From contig JALETQ010000018.1 of NCBI GenBank assembly GCA_022781445.1, forward strand, positions 323 through 64,322: a stretch of DNA of 64,000 bases, read 5' to 3'. Positions 8,722 to 18,350 of the stretch are shown here, piece after piece. The translations under genes were made by a program, and so were the position numbers. The DNA comes from Prevotella sp. GTDB taxonomy: Bacteria > Bacteroidota > Bacteroidia > Bacteroidales > Bacteroidaceae. Position 1 is the stretch's first letter; every line of letters begins with the position of its first letter. Below the pieces are notes generated by a model. The model had not been told where the DNA came from and ran no database searches. It worked only from the letters and a program-made list of their open reading frames with translations.

Positions 8722-10002
8722 TTAATAGGCGAAGAGCGGATAATCTTTCATTGTTTCGTTGACCTTGGCTCTCACCTTTGCGATTACTTCTTCGTTCTCG
8801 GGGGCGTTCAGAACTTCCTCGATGAGGTCGGCGATGAGCGGCATCATGTCTTCTTTCACACCTCTGGTGGTGATGGCAGGTGTACCAAGACGGATACCCG
8901 AGGTTTGGAATGCGCTGCGCGAATCGAACGGAACCATATTCTTGTTGACGGTGATGTCGGCGGCAACGAGGGCGTTCTCGGCAACCTTACCGGTCAGATC
9001 GGGATATTTCGAACGCAGGTCTACCAACATGGAGTGGTTGTCGGTACCGCCACTGACGATGCCGAAGCCGCGCTTCACAAGTTCTTCTGCCAATACGGCG
9101 GCGTTTTTCTTCACCTGCTTGGCGTATTCTTTGAACTCCGGTTTGAGACATTCTCCGAAGGCAACAGCCTTGGCTGCGATGACATGTTCGAGCGGACCGC
9201 CTTGCTGTCCGGGGAATACGGCTGAGTTCAGGATGGTGCTCATCATCTTTACCTGACCCTTCGGAGTGGTGAGACCCCAAGGATTTTCGAAGTCTTTGCC
9301 CATCAAGATAATACCGCCGCGCGGACCACGGAGAGTCTTATGAGTGGTGGATGTCACGATGTGAGCGTATTTTACGGGGTTCTCCAGCAGTCCGGCTGCA
9401 ATCAGTCCGGCAGGGTGAGCCATGTCAATGAGCAGAATTGCGCCCACTTTGTCGGCAATTTCTCTCATGCGTTTGTAGTTCCATTCGCGGCTGTATGCCG
9501 AGCCACCGCCGATGATCAGTTTGGGTTTGTGTTCGAGAGCGAGTTTTTCCATCTCGTCATAGTCCACCATTCCAGTTTCCTTGTTGAGGTTGTAACCGAC
9601 GGGATTGTAGAGAATGCCGCTGGTGTTGACATGCGATCCGTGAGAAAGGTGACCGCCGTGGTCGAGGTTCAATCCCATAAATGTGTCGCCGGGCTTCAAC
9701 ACTGCCAAGAGTACGGCGGCATTGGCTTGTGCTCCCGAGTGGGGCTGTACGTTGGCATATTCGGCATCGAAGAGTTTGCAGATGCGCTCGATGGCGATGT
9801 TTTCCACTTGATCGACTACCTGACAGCCGCCGTAATAACGCTTGCCGGGGTAGCCTTCGGCGTATTTGTTGGTAAGATAAGAGCCCATGGCTTCCATCAC
9901 TTCATCGCTGACAAAGTTCTCTGACGCGATGAGTTCCATTCCTTTCAACTGTCTTTGATGTTCTTTTTCAATCAAATCAAAGATTACCTGATCTTTTTCC
10001 AT
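8722..10002 (-). CDS. glyA: Serine hydroxymethyltransferase
   Basis: 426 aa. [13 protein letters not shown] and the PLP-lysine region [14 protein letters not shown] are canonical SHMT motifs. Confidence 0.95.
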   Translation of the reverse strand: MEKDQVIFDLIEKEHQRQLKGMELIASENFVSDEVMEAMGSYLTNKYAEGYPGKRYYGGCQVVDQVENIAIERICKLFDAEYANVQPHSGAQANAAVLLAVLKPGDTFMGLNLDHGGHLSHGSHVNTSGILYNPVGYNLNKETGMVDYDEMEKLALEHKPKLIIGGGSAYSREWNYKRMREIADKVGAILLIDMAHPAGLIAAGLLENPVKYAHIVTSTTHKTLRGPRGGIILMGKDFENPWGLTTPKGQVKMMSTILNSAVFPGQQGGPLEHVIAAKAVAFGECLKPEFKEYAKQVKKNAAVLAEELVKRGFGIVSGGTDNHSMLVDLRSKYPDLTGKVAENALVAADITVNKNMVPFDSRSAFQTSGIRLGTPAITTRGVKEDMMPLIADLIEEVLNAPENEEVIAKVRAKVNETMKDYPLFAY

Positions 10003-10030
10003 TGTATATTAGTTTGATGTTAATAGATAT

Positions 10031-10486
10031 TCAGCACAATTCTACTTCATCCATCTTTTGCTCGACATCGCAGTATCGGCATTTGAGGATGCCGGTTTCC
10101 TTGTCGACGATGGTGAAAACGGTGTTCATCGGCTCGTGGTTGGTCACGCAGTTGGGGTTGTTGCATTTCACGATGCCGCAAAGTTCGTCGGGTGTTTCAA
10201 CGGTTTTCTTCTCCACGACTTCGTAGTCCTTGATCACATTCAGCACCACTTTGGGAGCCACGACCGACAGTCTTGAAATCTCGTCGTCCGAGAAAAACTT
10301 GTCGGTCACTTTGATGATGCCCTTCTTTCCGACCTTTTGTGAGGGATAATTGTAGCCTATGGTGACGGGATTGGTCAGTTTCTCGAGTTCCAAAAGACTG
10401 ACTACCTGAAAGGTCTTTGATGCCGGAATGTGGTCGATGACAGTACCGTTTTTGATGGCGGTTACCAATATTTCTTTCTTATTCAT
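10031..10486 (-). CDS. pyrI: Aspartate carbamoyltransferase regulatory subunit
   Basis: 151 aa. [10 protein letters not shown] and the C-terminal Zn-binding CxxxxC...CxxC (CNNPNC...CRYC). Overlaps the pyrB stop by 8 nt. Confidence 0.9.
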   Translation of the reverse strand: MNKKEILVTAIKNGTVIDHIPASKTFQVVSLLELEKLTNPVTIGYNYPSQKVGKKGIIKVTDKFFSDDEISRLSVVAPKVVLNVIKDYEVVEKKTVETPDELCGIVKCNNPNCVTNHEPMNTVFTIVDKETGILKCRYCDVEQKMDEVELC

Positions 10487-11456
10487 TGGTGAAGGAGTTT
10501 TCGGAAGTTAGTTTGATAATGGTGTTGTCTTTCCTGATGTCATCGAGCGAGATGCCGAGTACGTCGCAAATGATGGCTTCTCGTGCGAAGAGACCGTTAC
10601 GTGCCTGCTGTATGTAGTAAGCGTGCGGGTTGTCGTCCACGTCGTATGTGATCTCATTGACCCTTGGAAGAGGGTGTAATATCTTCATGTTTTTCTTCAC
10701 CTTTCCGAGCATTGAACTTTTTAGGATGTAGGCATTCTTTACCTTTTCGTATTCCATGAGATCCGAAAAACGCTCCTTCTGCACGCGCGTCATATATATG
10801 ATGTCGGCATCCGCAATGACATTCTCATCGAAATCGGTATGCTCTTGATATTTGATGCCGTGGTTTGTGCAGTAGATTTTATATTCATTGGGCATTGCCA
10901 ACTCCTTGGGAGCGATGAAATGGAAGGTGGGATTGAAGTGGCGCATTGCCATCAGAAGCGAGTGAACCGTGCGTCCGTATTTCAAATCGCCTACCAAATA
11001 GATGTTCAGATTCTCAAGTGTGTCTTGCGTTTGGTAAATGGTGTAGAGGTCGAGCATGCACTGTGAAGGGTGCTGGTGTGCTCCGTCGCCGGCATTGACG
11101 ATGGGTACGGGAGCCACTTCTGACGCATATTGCGCCGCACCTTCGATGTAATGCCGCATCACGATGACATCGGCGTAGTTGGAAACCATGAGGATGGTGT
11201 CCTTCAGCGTTTCGCCTTTGGAGACGCTCGAAGCCTTGGCATCCGAGAATCCGATGACCCTTGCGCCCAATCTGTTGGCTGCCGTCTCGAAACTCAGCCT
11301 TGTCCGGGTCGATGGTTCGTAAAACAGCGTTGCCACAACTTTGCCTTTCAAGATTTCTCGATTGGGGTTTTTCTCAAACTCTTGTGCCATTTTTATCATG
11401 TAGAGAATCTTCTCTTTCGACAAGTCGGCTATTGTTACGAAGTTGCGTTTGTCCAT
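10479..11456 (-). CDS. pyrB: Aspartate carbamoyltransferase catalytic subunit
   Basis: 325 aa. STRTR carbamoyl-phosphate motif, HPSQ-like HQHPSQ and HPLPR motifs. Confidence 0.95.
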   Translation of the reverse strand: MDKRNFVTIADLSKEKILYMIKMAQEFEKNPNREILKGKVVATLFYEPSTRTRLSFETAANRLGARVIGFSDAKASSVSKGETLKDTILMVSNYADVIVMRHYIEGAAQYASEVAPVPIVNAGDGAHQHPSQCMLDLYTIYQTQDTLENLNIYLVGDLKYGRTVHSLLMAMRHFNPTFHFIAPKELAMPNEYKIYCTNHGIKYQEHTDFDENVIADADIIYMTRVQKERFSDLMEYEKVKNAYILKSSMLGKVKKNMKILHPLPRVNEITYDVDDNPHAYYIQQARNGLFAREAIICDVLGISLDDIRKDNTIIKLTSENSFTNE

Positions 11457-11754
11457 CTTTACTTGGTGTTATCGGTGATTCGGTTGCGAAGTTAAGCATA
11501 TTTTCGCAAATGGAAGCATGAAAATAGAACTTTTCATGTATTCAAGCCAAATCGGTCATCCGACTGTTTCGCTTGTCATTCCGCACAGTCCATGCCACTT
11601 TCCGTCCGGTTTCACCCGTCTATCCGACAATCGAACAAAACCGGCCCGGACTCTGATGACCGATCAGGGTGAAAAGTGAAAGCCTTTAGACGGCTCTTTA
11701 TTGGCTAAAAGTTTACATTTCTAATTAAAAAGCAGTTTTTTCATCCTTATTTTG

Positions 11755-11762
11755 TATCTTTG
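11755..11762 (+). promoter_or_regulatory. -7 box TATCTTTG upstream of the spt-like gene
   Basis: TATCTTTGCAG lies 40 nt before the ATG at 11802. Confidence 0.5.
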
Positions 11763-11801
11763 CAGCCAAAATTAGAGTAGTGCATATCTACGAATTACTA
11801 T

Positions 11802-12989
11802 ATGGGAATTTTACAAGAGAGGTTTAAACAATACCGAGAACCCCAAAAATACATGGAATTAGGGGTGTATCCTTATTTCCGCTCCATTTCGGGAAAGCAA
11901 GGAACCGAAGTCGAAATGGAAGGTCACAGAGTGCTGATGTTCGGATCAAACGCCTATACCGGTCTCACCGGTGATCAGCGGGTGATTGACGCGGCCAAAG
12001 CAGCTCTCGACAAATACGGTGCCGGTTGTGCCGGAAGTCGTTTCCTGAATGGTACCATCGACCTGCATGTTGAGTTGGAAAAAGAGTTGGCTGCCTTCGA
12101 AAGCAAGGATGATGCCCTGTGTTTCTCCACCGGTTTCTTTGCCAACTCGGGCGTGCTGCCGGTCATCTGTGGTCGCGAAGACTACATCATTTGCGACGAA
12201 CGTGACCATGCTTCCATCATCGATGGCCGAAGATTGTCATTTGCCAAGCAGCTCAAGTATCGCCACAATGACATGGAAGACTTGGAGAAACAGCTGCAAA
12301 AGTGTAATCCCGAGTCGGTCAAACTCATCGTTGTCGATGGTGTGTTCTCCATGGAAGGCGACATCTGTAACCTGCCTGAAATCATCAGACTGAAGCATAA
12401 GTACAACGCTTCGGTGATGGTCGATGAGGCACACAGCCTCGGTGTCTTCGGTCGTCAGGGAAGAGGAATCTGCGACCACTTCGGTCTGACCGATGATGTG
12501 GATATCATCATGGGTACGTTCAGTAAGAGTCTGGCAAGTATCGGTGGCTTCGTTGCTGCCGATTTCGATACCATCAACTATCTCCGCCATGCTTGTCGTA
12601 CCTACATTTTCAGTGCTTCCAATGCACCGGCTGCCACTGCCGCGGCACGTGAAGCCCTGCATATCATCCAGCGTGAGCCGGAGAGAATCGAGAAATTGTG
12701 GGATGTTACCAACTATGCCTTGCAGCGTTTCAGAGAAGAGAATTTCGAAATCGGCGACACCGCCAGTCCCATCATTCCTCTCTATGTGCGCGATGTCGAC
12801 AAGACTTTCATCGTCACCAAGCTGGCATTCGATAACGGTGTGTTCATCAATCCTGTCATACCGCCCGCATGTGCGCCCCAAGACACCCTTGTACGGTTTG
12901 CCCTCATGGCGACTCATACCAAAGAACAAGTCGAAAGAGGCGTGCAGATCCTCAAGAAAGTCTTTGTCGAACAAGGCATCATCAAGTAG
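11802..12989 (+). CDS. spt: Alpha-oxoamine synthase family enzyme, serine palmitoyltransferase-like (sphingolipid synthesis)
   Basis: 395 aa PLP enzyme with GTFSKSL lysine motif, DEAHSLG and SNAYTGL. The N-terminus MGILQERFKQYREPQKYMELGVYPYFR closely resembles Bacteroides/Porphyromonas SPT as I remember it. A BioF/Kbl-type function cannot be excluded without a search. Confidence 0.75.
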   Translation: MGILQERFKQYREPQKYMELGVYPYFRSISGKQGTEVEMEGHRVLMFGSNAYTGLTGDQRVIDAAKAALDKYGAGCAGSRFLNGTIDLHVELEKELAAFESKDDALCFSTGFFANSGVLPVICGREDYIICDERDHASIIDGRRLSFAKQLKYRHNDMEDLEKQLQKCNPESVKLIVVDGVFSMEGDICNLPEIIRLKHKYNASVMVDEAHSLGVFGRQGRGICDHFGLTDDVDIIMGTFSKSLASIGGFVAADFDTINYLRHACRTYIFSASNAPAATAAAREALHIIQREPERIEKLWDVTNYALQRFREENFEIGDTASPIIPLYVRDVDKTFIVTKLAFDNGVFINPVIPPACAPQDTLVRFALMATHTKEQVERGVQILKKVFVEQGIIK

Positions 12990-13065
12990 TCGTTATCCTT
13001 TCGCAATGGGGCGTGACAGGTCTAATTTAGCCCACGCTTTATTTGTCGGAATCAAAAAAAGTACA

Positions 13066-13073
13066 TACCTTTG
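13066..13073 (+). promoter_or_regulatory. -7 box TACCTTTG for tRNA-Pro
   Basis: TACCTTTG lies 28 nt upstream of the tRNA 5-prime end. A TTTG at 13042..13045 sits in a -33-like position. Confidence 0.5.
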
Positions 13074-13100
13074 CAGGCGCAAACCGGCAACGGTATGTCG

Positions 13101-13174
13101 CGGGGCGTAGCGCAGCCCGGTAGCGCGCCTGGTTTGGGACCAGGTGGTCGCAGGTTCGAATCCTGTCGCCCCGA
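13101..13174 (+). tRNA. tRNA-Pro (anticodon TGG)
   Basis: Hand-folded 74-nt cloverleaf: acceptor CGGGGCG/CGCCCCG, D-arm GCGC/GCGC, anticodon stem CCTGG/CCAGG with loop TTTGGGA, T-arm GCAGG-TTCGAAT-CCTGT, discriminator A. Confidence 0.9.
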
Positions 13175-13180
13175 CAGTTG

Positions 13181-13228
13181 AAGAAGCACGGCAGGTAATC
13201 CGAAAGCGGATTACCTGCCGTGCTTCTT
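13181..13228 (+). terminator. Terminator hairpin after tRNA-Pro
   Basis: 22-bp perfect stem AAGAAGCACGGCAGGTAATCCG / CGGATTACCTGCCGTGCTTCTT with loop AAAG. Confidence 0.75.
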
Positions 13229-13261
13229 GGCTTTATTCACTTCTGTTTTCGTGAACGATGA

Positions 13262-13324
13262 ACAACAAAAATAGTCCGAAGGCAGGTGTCAGCCGTGGGA
13301 GGTCTCTCATTCGCCGTCGGACTA
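13262..13324 (-). terminator. Candidate terminator of hsp20
   Basis: Stem TAGTCCGA (13272..13279) with TCGGACTA (13317..13324). On the minus strand it is followed by UUUUUGUUGUU (plus-strand A-rich 13262..13270). It lies 56 nt downstream of the stop. Confidence 0.45.
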
Positions 13325-13379
13325 TTACGATTAAAAATTAAACTAACTCATTTATGAAAAACTACTGACTGTTTGCTCG

Positions 13380-13805
13380 TTACTCTACGTTGATGATGCG
13401 AGAGGTTTCCACTTCGGCTTTGACAACCTTGGGAATGCTGATGGTCAGCACGCCGTCTGTCATCTTTGCGCCAATGTTTTGTCTTTCGACGTCATCGGGA
13501 AGAATCAGTGTTTGTTCGAACTTGGTATATGAAAATTCCCTTCTCAAGTAGTGAGCCTTTTCGTTTTTGTCTTCCTTTTCTCTCTTGCTCTCCATCTTGA
13601 TGTTGAGATCTCCGGACTGATTGATGCGGATGTCGAAATCTTCTTTCTTCATTCCGGGGGCAGCAAGTTCGACCAAATATTCTTTTTCAGTTTCAATTAC
13701 ATTGATGGCTGGTGCCGTCGCGTTTGCCTTTGACATGAAATCCGTGTTAAAGAAATCGTTGAATACTTCTGGCAACCAAGTGCTTCTGTGCATAACCGGT
13801 AACAT
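13380..13805 (-). CDS. Hsp20/alpha-crystallin family small heat-shock protein
   Basis: Start taken at MLPVMHRSTWLPEVFNDFF (ATG 13805, preceded by AGGAGG); 141 aa. Alpha-crystallin core: AINVIETEKEYLVELAAPGMKKEDF...RREFSYTKFEQTLILPDDV...DGVLTISIPK. Confidence 0.85.
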   Translation of the reverse strand: MLPVMHRSTWLPEVFNDFFNTDFMSKANATAPAINVIETEKEYLVELAAPGMKKEDFDIRINQSGDLNIKMESKREKEDKNEKAHYLRREFSYTKFEQTLILPDDVERQNIGAKMTDGVLTISIPKVVKAEVETSRIINVE

Positions 13806-13922
13806 AATTAATCCTCCTATATTTATGGTTTGTAATGTTATTGACGATCTTGTGCAACGTCTGATGCGTTGTTTCGATTGTTCACTTACCATCATCGCAA
13901 ACACCGTACCTTTACAAAATAG

Positions 13923-13958
13923 GCGACAAAATGTCGCTTGTTTATGACATTTTGTCGC
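13923..13958 (-). terminator. Terminator hairpin downstream of hutD (end of the cbi transcription unit)
   Basis: Perfect 13-bp inverted repeat GCGACAAAATGTC (13923..13935) with GACATTTTGTCGC (13946..13958). On the minus strand it is followed by CUAUUUUGU. It lies 72 nt after the hutD stop. Confidence 0.55.
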
Positions 13959-14029
13959 TTATTGGGGGCTGTTTCAAGCCGAAGAGTTTGTCTGTACTGT
14001 TGGTTTGAAGAGGCGGAAGGAAGGTTCTG

Positions 14030-14545
14030 TTAGGGCAAAGTGATGAAGACGGCCTTGCCGGTCACGTGCGTTTTCTTTTCGGTCACGAGGGTTTCGTGTC
14101 GGTGTAATATGATGCTGTCGATGCCGCAGTCGCCGAGTGCAAACACAATCGTCGTATGACCGGCATCGGTTTCGGCATCGCCTTCAACGATCTTTGTGCT
14201 GATTTCTATGTCTTTTCTGTGGATGATGTTGAAGTCTGTGGCTCCTTTCGAGTTGATGGAACTAATCTTTTCGCTACCGTCGAACCTGAAAAGACGGTCT
14301 TTTTCGAGGACGATGCGTTCACCGTTCCTCATCAATTGGATGTCACCTTCCAAAGGCATGATGTAGCGTGTAAACCCTGTGAAGTCCGAAAAGTCGCTCT
14401 CCGTGAGGTCAATGACGGCAGAAGAGATGCGCAAGGTGAAATTTCTTGCCGACAATGATGCTTCCTCGGGATGGATATAGAGTTGTCGAGTGATACCACC
14501 GGTCCATTCATTGGTGAGATAATCGCTTTGTCTGTATATTTTCAT
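14030..14545 (-). CDS. hutD: HutD-family protein
   Basis: 171 aa. MKIYRQSDYLTNEWTGGITRQLYIHPE...FSDFTGFTRYIMPLEG matches the HutD/Ves cupin-like pattern (W.GG.T..l). Confidence 0.6.
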   Translation of the reverse strand: MKIYRQSDYLTNEWTGGITRQLYIHPEEASLSARNFTLRISSAVIDLTESDFSDFTGFTRYIMPLEGDIQLMRNGERIVLEKDRLFRFDGSEKISSINSKGATDFNIIHRKDIEISTKIVEGDAETDAGHTTIVFALGDCGIDSIILHRHETLVTEKKTHVTGKAVFITLP

Positions 14546-14639
14546 GAGTAGGTTTTTGTAATTTGTTGGGTTTGACGTGATGGTGTGTTTCTGTAAAATT
14601 CTTCTTGTCTACTGTATGATTTGCTATCGACCGAAGCCT

Positions 14640-16463
14640 TTACGGAGTGGCTTCGGTATGGATTTTTCCGCTTTCTTCTATCAGGAAAATGTCCACTTTG
14701 CCATCGGGCAGTAACTTGCCGCAGTGCTTTTGGCAATGACGAATCACGGTTTGGCTGAACGGTTCGATCAGTTCCGGCGGAATGATGTCCCACAGTTCGC
14801 GTGCCAACGTCATGCTTCCGGTCCTTTCGATGACTTTTTCCGGACATCCGCTTTCCGCCAGTAGCGCGGTAATGAAGCCTTTGTCCATGAGTGATCGCCG
14901 GCTGTGGGTGTCGAGATGTCCTGCCGCCAGCTTCACGGCTTTGCCCAACATCACGCCCAGGATGACACGGGGGATGTTGATTTCGGCAGCCATCTTGATG
15001 GTCTCGCCGATGTAATTGCCATATTCCACAAATACTTGCGGTGGCAAGTCGGGACAATGTTGTTTGACGAACCGTTCGCTCTTGGCTCCCGAATTGATGA
15101 CCACGCAGTCGCTTCCGCTTGCCTTGGCCACCAGCATACATTTGCGGATGCTGTTCAAGAATCCCTCTTCGGAGAAAGGCTTGATGATGCCCGACACGCC
15201 GACGATGGAAATGCCGTCGCGTATTCCCAGACGGGGATTGAAGGTCTTGGCTGCCACTTCCTTGCCTTTCGGTACCGAGACGACCACTTGCAGGGCTTGT
15301 CGGGGATGGAAACGACGCATGATATTGTCGGTGATCATCTGCCTCGGTACGCGGTTGATGGCCGCTTCGCCCGGTTTGCTGTCAAACCCCGGCAAGGTCA
15401 CGATGCCCACCCCCTCACCTCCTTCGATGTAGATGGTGCCCGGAAGGGCATCGGGCAGGATGTTCACCGATGCACATATTTCGAGTCCGTTGGTAACATC
15501 GGGGTCATCGCCGCTGTCTTTCACCACGGTGGCATACCCTTCCCGACAAATGGTTTCCACCTCGATGGTCTCGCCGTTGGGCAGCATCACTGCCACTGTC
15601 TCCGACGATTTGTTTTCCAAAAGCATGCCTGCGGCAGCCAAGGCGGCGGCTGTGGCACAGGTACCGGTGGTCAGTCCGCTCTTCAAGGGGTAGAAGTCGG
15701 GCAGCAATCGTTCCACCATGCGCCTCAGCCCGTGTTCTCCGTCGACGCGGATGAAACTCTCCGGCAGCACCGGACGCTCGATGACAAACACCTTGACATG
15801 ATGTTCGAGGGCGGCTTTCACCTTTTCTTTGAAGCCGCCTGTCACACCGCTTTCTTTCAACAGCAAGGCATCGGGATGCCATGTGTCCAAGAGTGTGCCG
15901 TCGTTGTCGTTGCCTTCGTAAAAGCAAAGTTCGTCGTCGGTGGCTCCCTGTGCGTAAGCCAGCTGCAAGGAGCTGTCTCTCGGCAGGATGCGATGCCTGA
16001 TGTCAATGCCCGACTCCTTCAGAACCGCCAGCTTTCGGATGCTCTGCACTCCCGTCGTTGCCAACAGCCGGTAGGATTTCCCGGGTTGTCTTGCCCTGTC
16101 GTTGCGTATCATTTCCAAGGCTTCGGCATAGCTTTTACACCACACGGCATCGACTTCGTGGCGCGCAACATACAGTCTTTCAAACCTGATGACAGGGATT
16201 TCCAAGGCGGCCGACACCGCTTCGATGGTGCGATGCAGCCGTTCGGCGAATGGGTGGGCGGCATTCACCACCAGTTTGATGGCATGGTCGCGACAGAATT
16301 GCTGCATGGCCCGGGCATCCAAGGCCCCGTCAATCCGCACACCGTGGTGCAAAGTGATGTCCTGTTCGCCCGTCTTGGTGGAGTAATAGAAGATATTTCC
16401 CGATTCCTCCAACTCTTTCACGGCTTTCCGTCCTTCCGTCGTTCCTCCGAAAACCAATATCAT
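14640..16463 (-). CDS. cbiJD: Fused precorrin-6A reductase (CbiJ/CobK) and cobalt-precorrin-5B C1-methyltransferase (CbiD)
   Basis: 607 aa. The N-terminus MILVFGGTTEGRKAV is CbiJ-type. From about residue 255, LKSGLTTGTCATAAALAAA...KDSGDDPDVTNG is CbiD-type. Confidence 0.85.
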   Translation of the reverse strand: MILVFGGTTEGRKAVKELEESGNIFYYSTKTGEQDITLHHGVRIDGALDARAMQQFCRDHAIKLVVNAAHPFAERLHRTIEAVSAALEIPVIRFERLYVARHEVDAVWCKSYAEALEMIRNDRARQPGKSYRLLATTGVQSIRKLAVLKESGIDIRHRILPRDSSLQLAYAQGATDDELCFYEGNDNDGTLLDTWHPDALLLKESGVTGGFKEKVKAALEHHVKVFVIERPVLPESFIRVDGEHGLRRMVERLLPDFYPLKSGLTTGTCATAAALAAAGMLLENKSSETVAVMLPNGETIEVETICREGYATVVKDSGDDPDVTNGLEICASVNILPDALPGTIYIEGGEGVGIVTLPGFDSKPGEAAINRVPRQMITDNIMRRFHPRQALQVVVSVPKGKEVAAKTFNPRLGIRDGISIVGVSGIIKPFSEEGFLNSIRKCMLVAKASGSDCVVINSGAKSERFVKQHCPDLPPQVFVEYGNYIGETIKMAAEINIPRVILGVMLGKAVKLAAGHLDTHSRRSLMDKGFITALLAESGCPEKVIERTGSMTLARELWDIIPPELIEPFSQTVIRHCQKHCGKLLPDGKVDIFLIEESGKIHTEATP

Positions 16464-16541
16464 TTTCTTCTTATGTGCTGTATTTGATGATTGGCGGCAC
16501 GATTCCGCCTACTGCTTGGGGTGTGTCCCAACATCTTGGAA

Positions 16542-18350
16542 TCAGTCTTCGATGCCTTTTCTGAACAGATGCGTGAAGTGCCTGTCGTATAATGCCGAGT
16601 TGCCCCTGCGGTTGTCGATGGCATCACCCACCACCAGCATGGTCGTGAGGGTCAGTTTGTTGCCTTTCACGATGCTCGCCAGATCCTTGAGCTTGCCTCT
16701 GTAGATGCGTTGGTCGCGCCAAGTGAGGTGATAACAGGCCGCCACCGGTGTGTCTTCGGGGTATTCTTGGAGCAGCTGTTGTTGCACGTCGTCGACGATG
16801 GATGCGCTCAAGAAGATGCACATCGTGCTGCGGCTGCGTGCCAGCAGGTGCAGTTTCTCTCTCTCGGGCATGGGAGTCCGTCCTTCACCGCGTGTGAGAA
16901 TGATGGTCTGAACGCGTTCGGGAATGGTGAATTGGCTGCGCAATTCGGCCGCCGCGGCCAGAAATGACGAGATGCCCGGGGTAATATGATAACTCATGTG
17001 ATATTCGTCGAAGAATGCCATCTGTTCCTGTATGGCTCCGAATATGCACGGATCGCCCGTGTGCAGTCGGACGATGAACTTGCCTCGGTCGTAAAACTCC
17101 TTCATCAGCCGGCACTGTTCTTCGATTGCCATCGATGCAGAGGAGCGCACGACTGCCCCTTCTTTGGCACATTCGGTCAGTTCGCGCGGCACCAGACTGC
17201 CCGCATAGAGAATCAGATCGGCCTTTTCGAGCATTCTGCGTCCGCGAACCGATACCAGTTCGGGGTCGCCCGGTCCGGCACCCACAATCTCGATGTGTCC
17301 TTGTCGGAGGTATTTTCGGTCAACGGCCACGGCCACCGTGAAGTCCTTCCCTTTCTGTTTGGGGAGCAGCAGCACGCCGTTTTCGGATGCGAGGATGGCC
17401 GCCGGTTCGCAGACACCCGGTGTCCCGACGTGTTTCTCGACCGTTTCGCTCGGCGTGGGAGCCTCTGTCGCTGCCAGTTCGCGGGCGGTATAGAACCTCA
17501 CGGGGATGCCTTCGCTCTGCCATTGTCTGATGACGGGTTCGTCGGCCTTCACGTCGATGGTGCAAATCTGACGGGGAGCGAAATGCAAACCGTGTTGTCG
17601 TTCGAGCATGTCGATGATGTTGCGGATGATTTCGGCTGCCGGCTGTGCCTGTCTTGCCAGTCCGATACCGATGTCGAAGATGCGCGGAACGAACTGAAGC
17701 GTGAGTACCCCGGCCAGTTTGCGGTACACTTTGGGCGACACGATCAATGCCAGCTTGAAGCGTGTGGCGTCGATTTCGTCCCATGAGCTTACCACCGTTA
17801 CATGGTCGGGCAGGCTTTCTTCGAGTTCCTCCGTGCCTCTGTCCCTGATGTCGAGCAGCAAGGCTGTCGGTTCACGGTTCACGAAAGCGAAGACGATGTC
17901 GTTCATCTTGTCGTCCGTATGTTCAGTCCATCCGTTTTCTTTTGCCAGCCGGTCGACAGCCCAGAGGTTGCTGTTGTCGCTCAATGTCGTCACCACAGGA
18001 TGCGCACCCAGTGCCGATGCCACTTCACGGGTAAGCCGGTTGGCACCTCCCGCATGGCCGCTGACCACGCTGATGACGTTCTTTCCCGTGGCATCGGTAC
18101 ACACTACGGCAGGGTCTTGGTGCTTGTCGGCAATGAAAGGGGCAATGCTCCTGACACAGATGCCCAAGGCACCGATGAAGATAAAGGCTTCGCGCTGTTC
18201 CCATTCTGCCTTGAGCAGGCTGTCAATGCTCTCGATATGGGTGGCGTTCGGTTCGTAGTGAAGGGAAAAGAGGTCGTAGCCGAATTCCTTTTGCAGGATG
18301 GTTGCCACGCTGTTTCCGGCTTCGGATATGAGTATGATGGCTGTTTTCAT
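16542..18350 (-). CDS. cbiGF: Fused cobalt-precorrin-5A hydrolase (CbiG) and precorrin-4 C11-methyltransferase (CbiF)
   Basis: 602 aa. The N-terminal CbiG-like half has GALGICVRSIAP and SVVSGHAGGAN. The C-terminal half IEIVGAGPGDPELVSVRG...LHTGDPCIFGA...PGISSF is a tetrapyrrole methylase of CbiF type. Confidence 0.85.
   Translation of the reverse strand: MKTAIILISEAGNSVATILQKEFGYDLFSLHYEPNATHIESIDSLLKAEWEQREAFIFIGALGICVRSIAPFIADKHQDPAVVCTDATGKNVISVVSGHAGGANRLTREVASALGAHPVVTTLSDNSNLWAVDRLAKENGWTEHTDDKMNDIVFAFVNREPTALLLDIRDRGTEELEESLPDHVTVVSSWDEIDATRFKLALIVSPKVYRKLAGVLTLQFVPRIFDIGIGLARQAQPAAEIIRNIIDMLERQHGLHFAPRQICTIDVKADEPVIRQWQSEGIPVRFYTARELAATEAPTPSETVEKHVGTPGVCEPAAILASENGVLLLPKQKGKDFTVAVAVDRKYLRQGHIEIVGAGPGDPELVSVRGRRMLEKADLILYAGSLVPRELTECAKEGAVVRSSASMAIEEQCRLMKEFYDRGKFIVRLHTGDPCIFGAIQEQMAFFDEYHMSYHITPGISSFLAAAAELRSQFTIPERVQTIILTRGEGRTPMPEREKLHLLARSRSTMCIFLSASIVDDVQQQLLQEYPEDTPVAACYHLTWRDQRIYRGKLKDLASIVKGNKLTLTTMLVVGDAIDNRRGNSALYDRHFTHLFRKGIED

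Noticed and set aside
13923-13958. 13-bp perfect inverted repeat, considered as a heat-shock operator for hsp20
   Set aside because: Its position 72 nt after the hutD stop and the U-rich tract following it on the minus strand fit a terminator better. It lies more than 115 nt upstream of the hsp20 start, so an operator role is not excluded but is unsupported.
14904-16487. 527-aa plus-strand ORF, together with similar long antisense or alternate-frame ORFs (42196..43416, 34289..35866, 22905..24035, 27817..29244, 27216..28304, 19013..19777, 61080..62036)
   Set aside because: Each one overlaps, in antisense or in another frame, a gene with clear family motifs (cbiJD, menC, TonB receptors, btuC, serA and others). 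Their compositions are low-complexity (R/G/H/V-rich).
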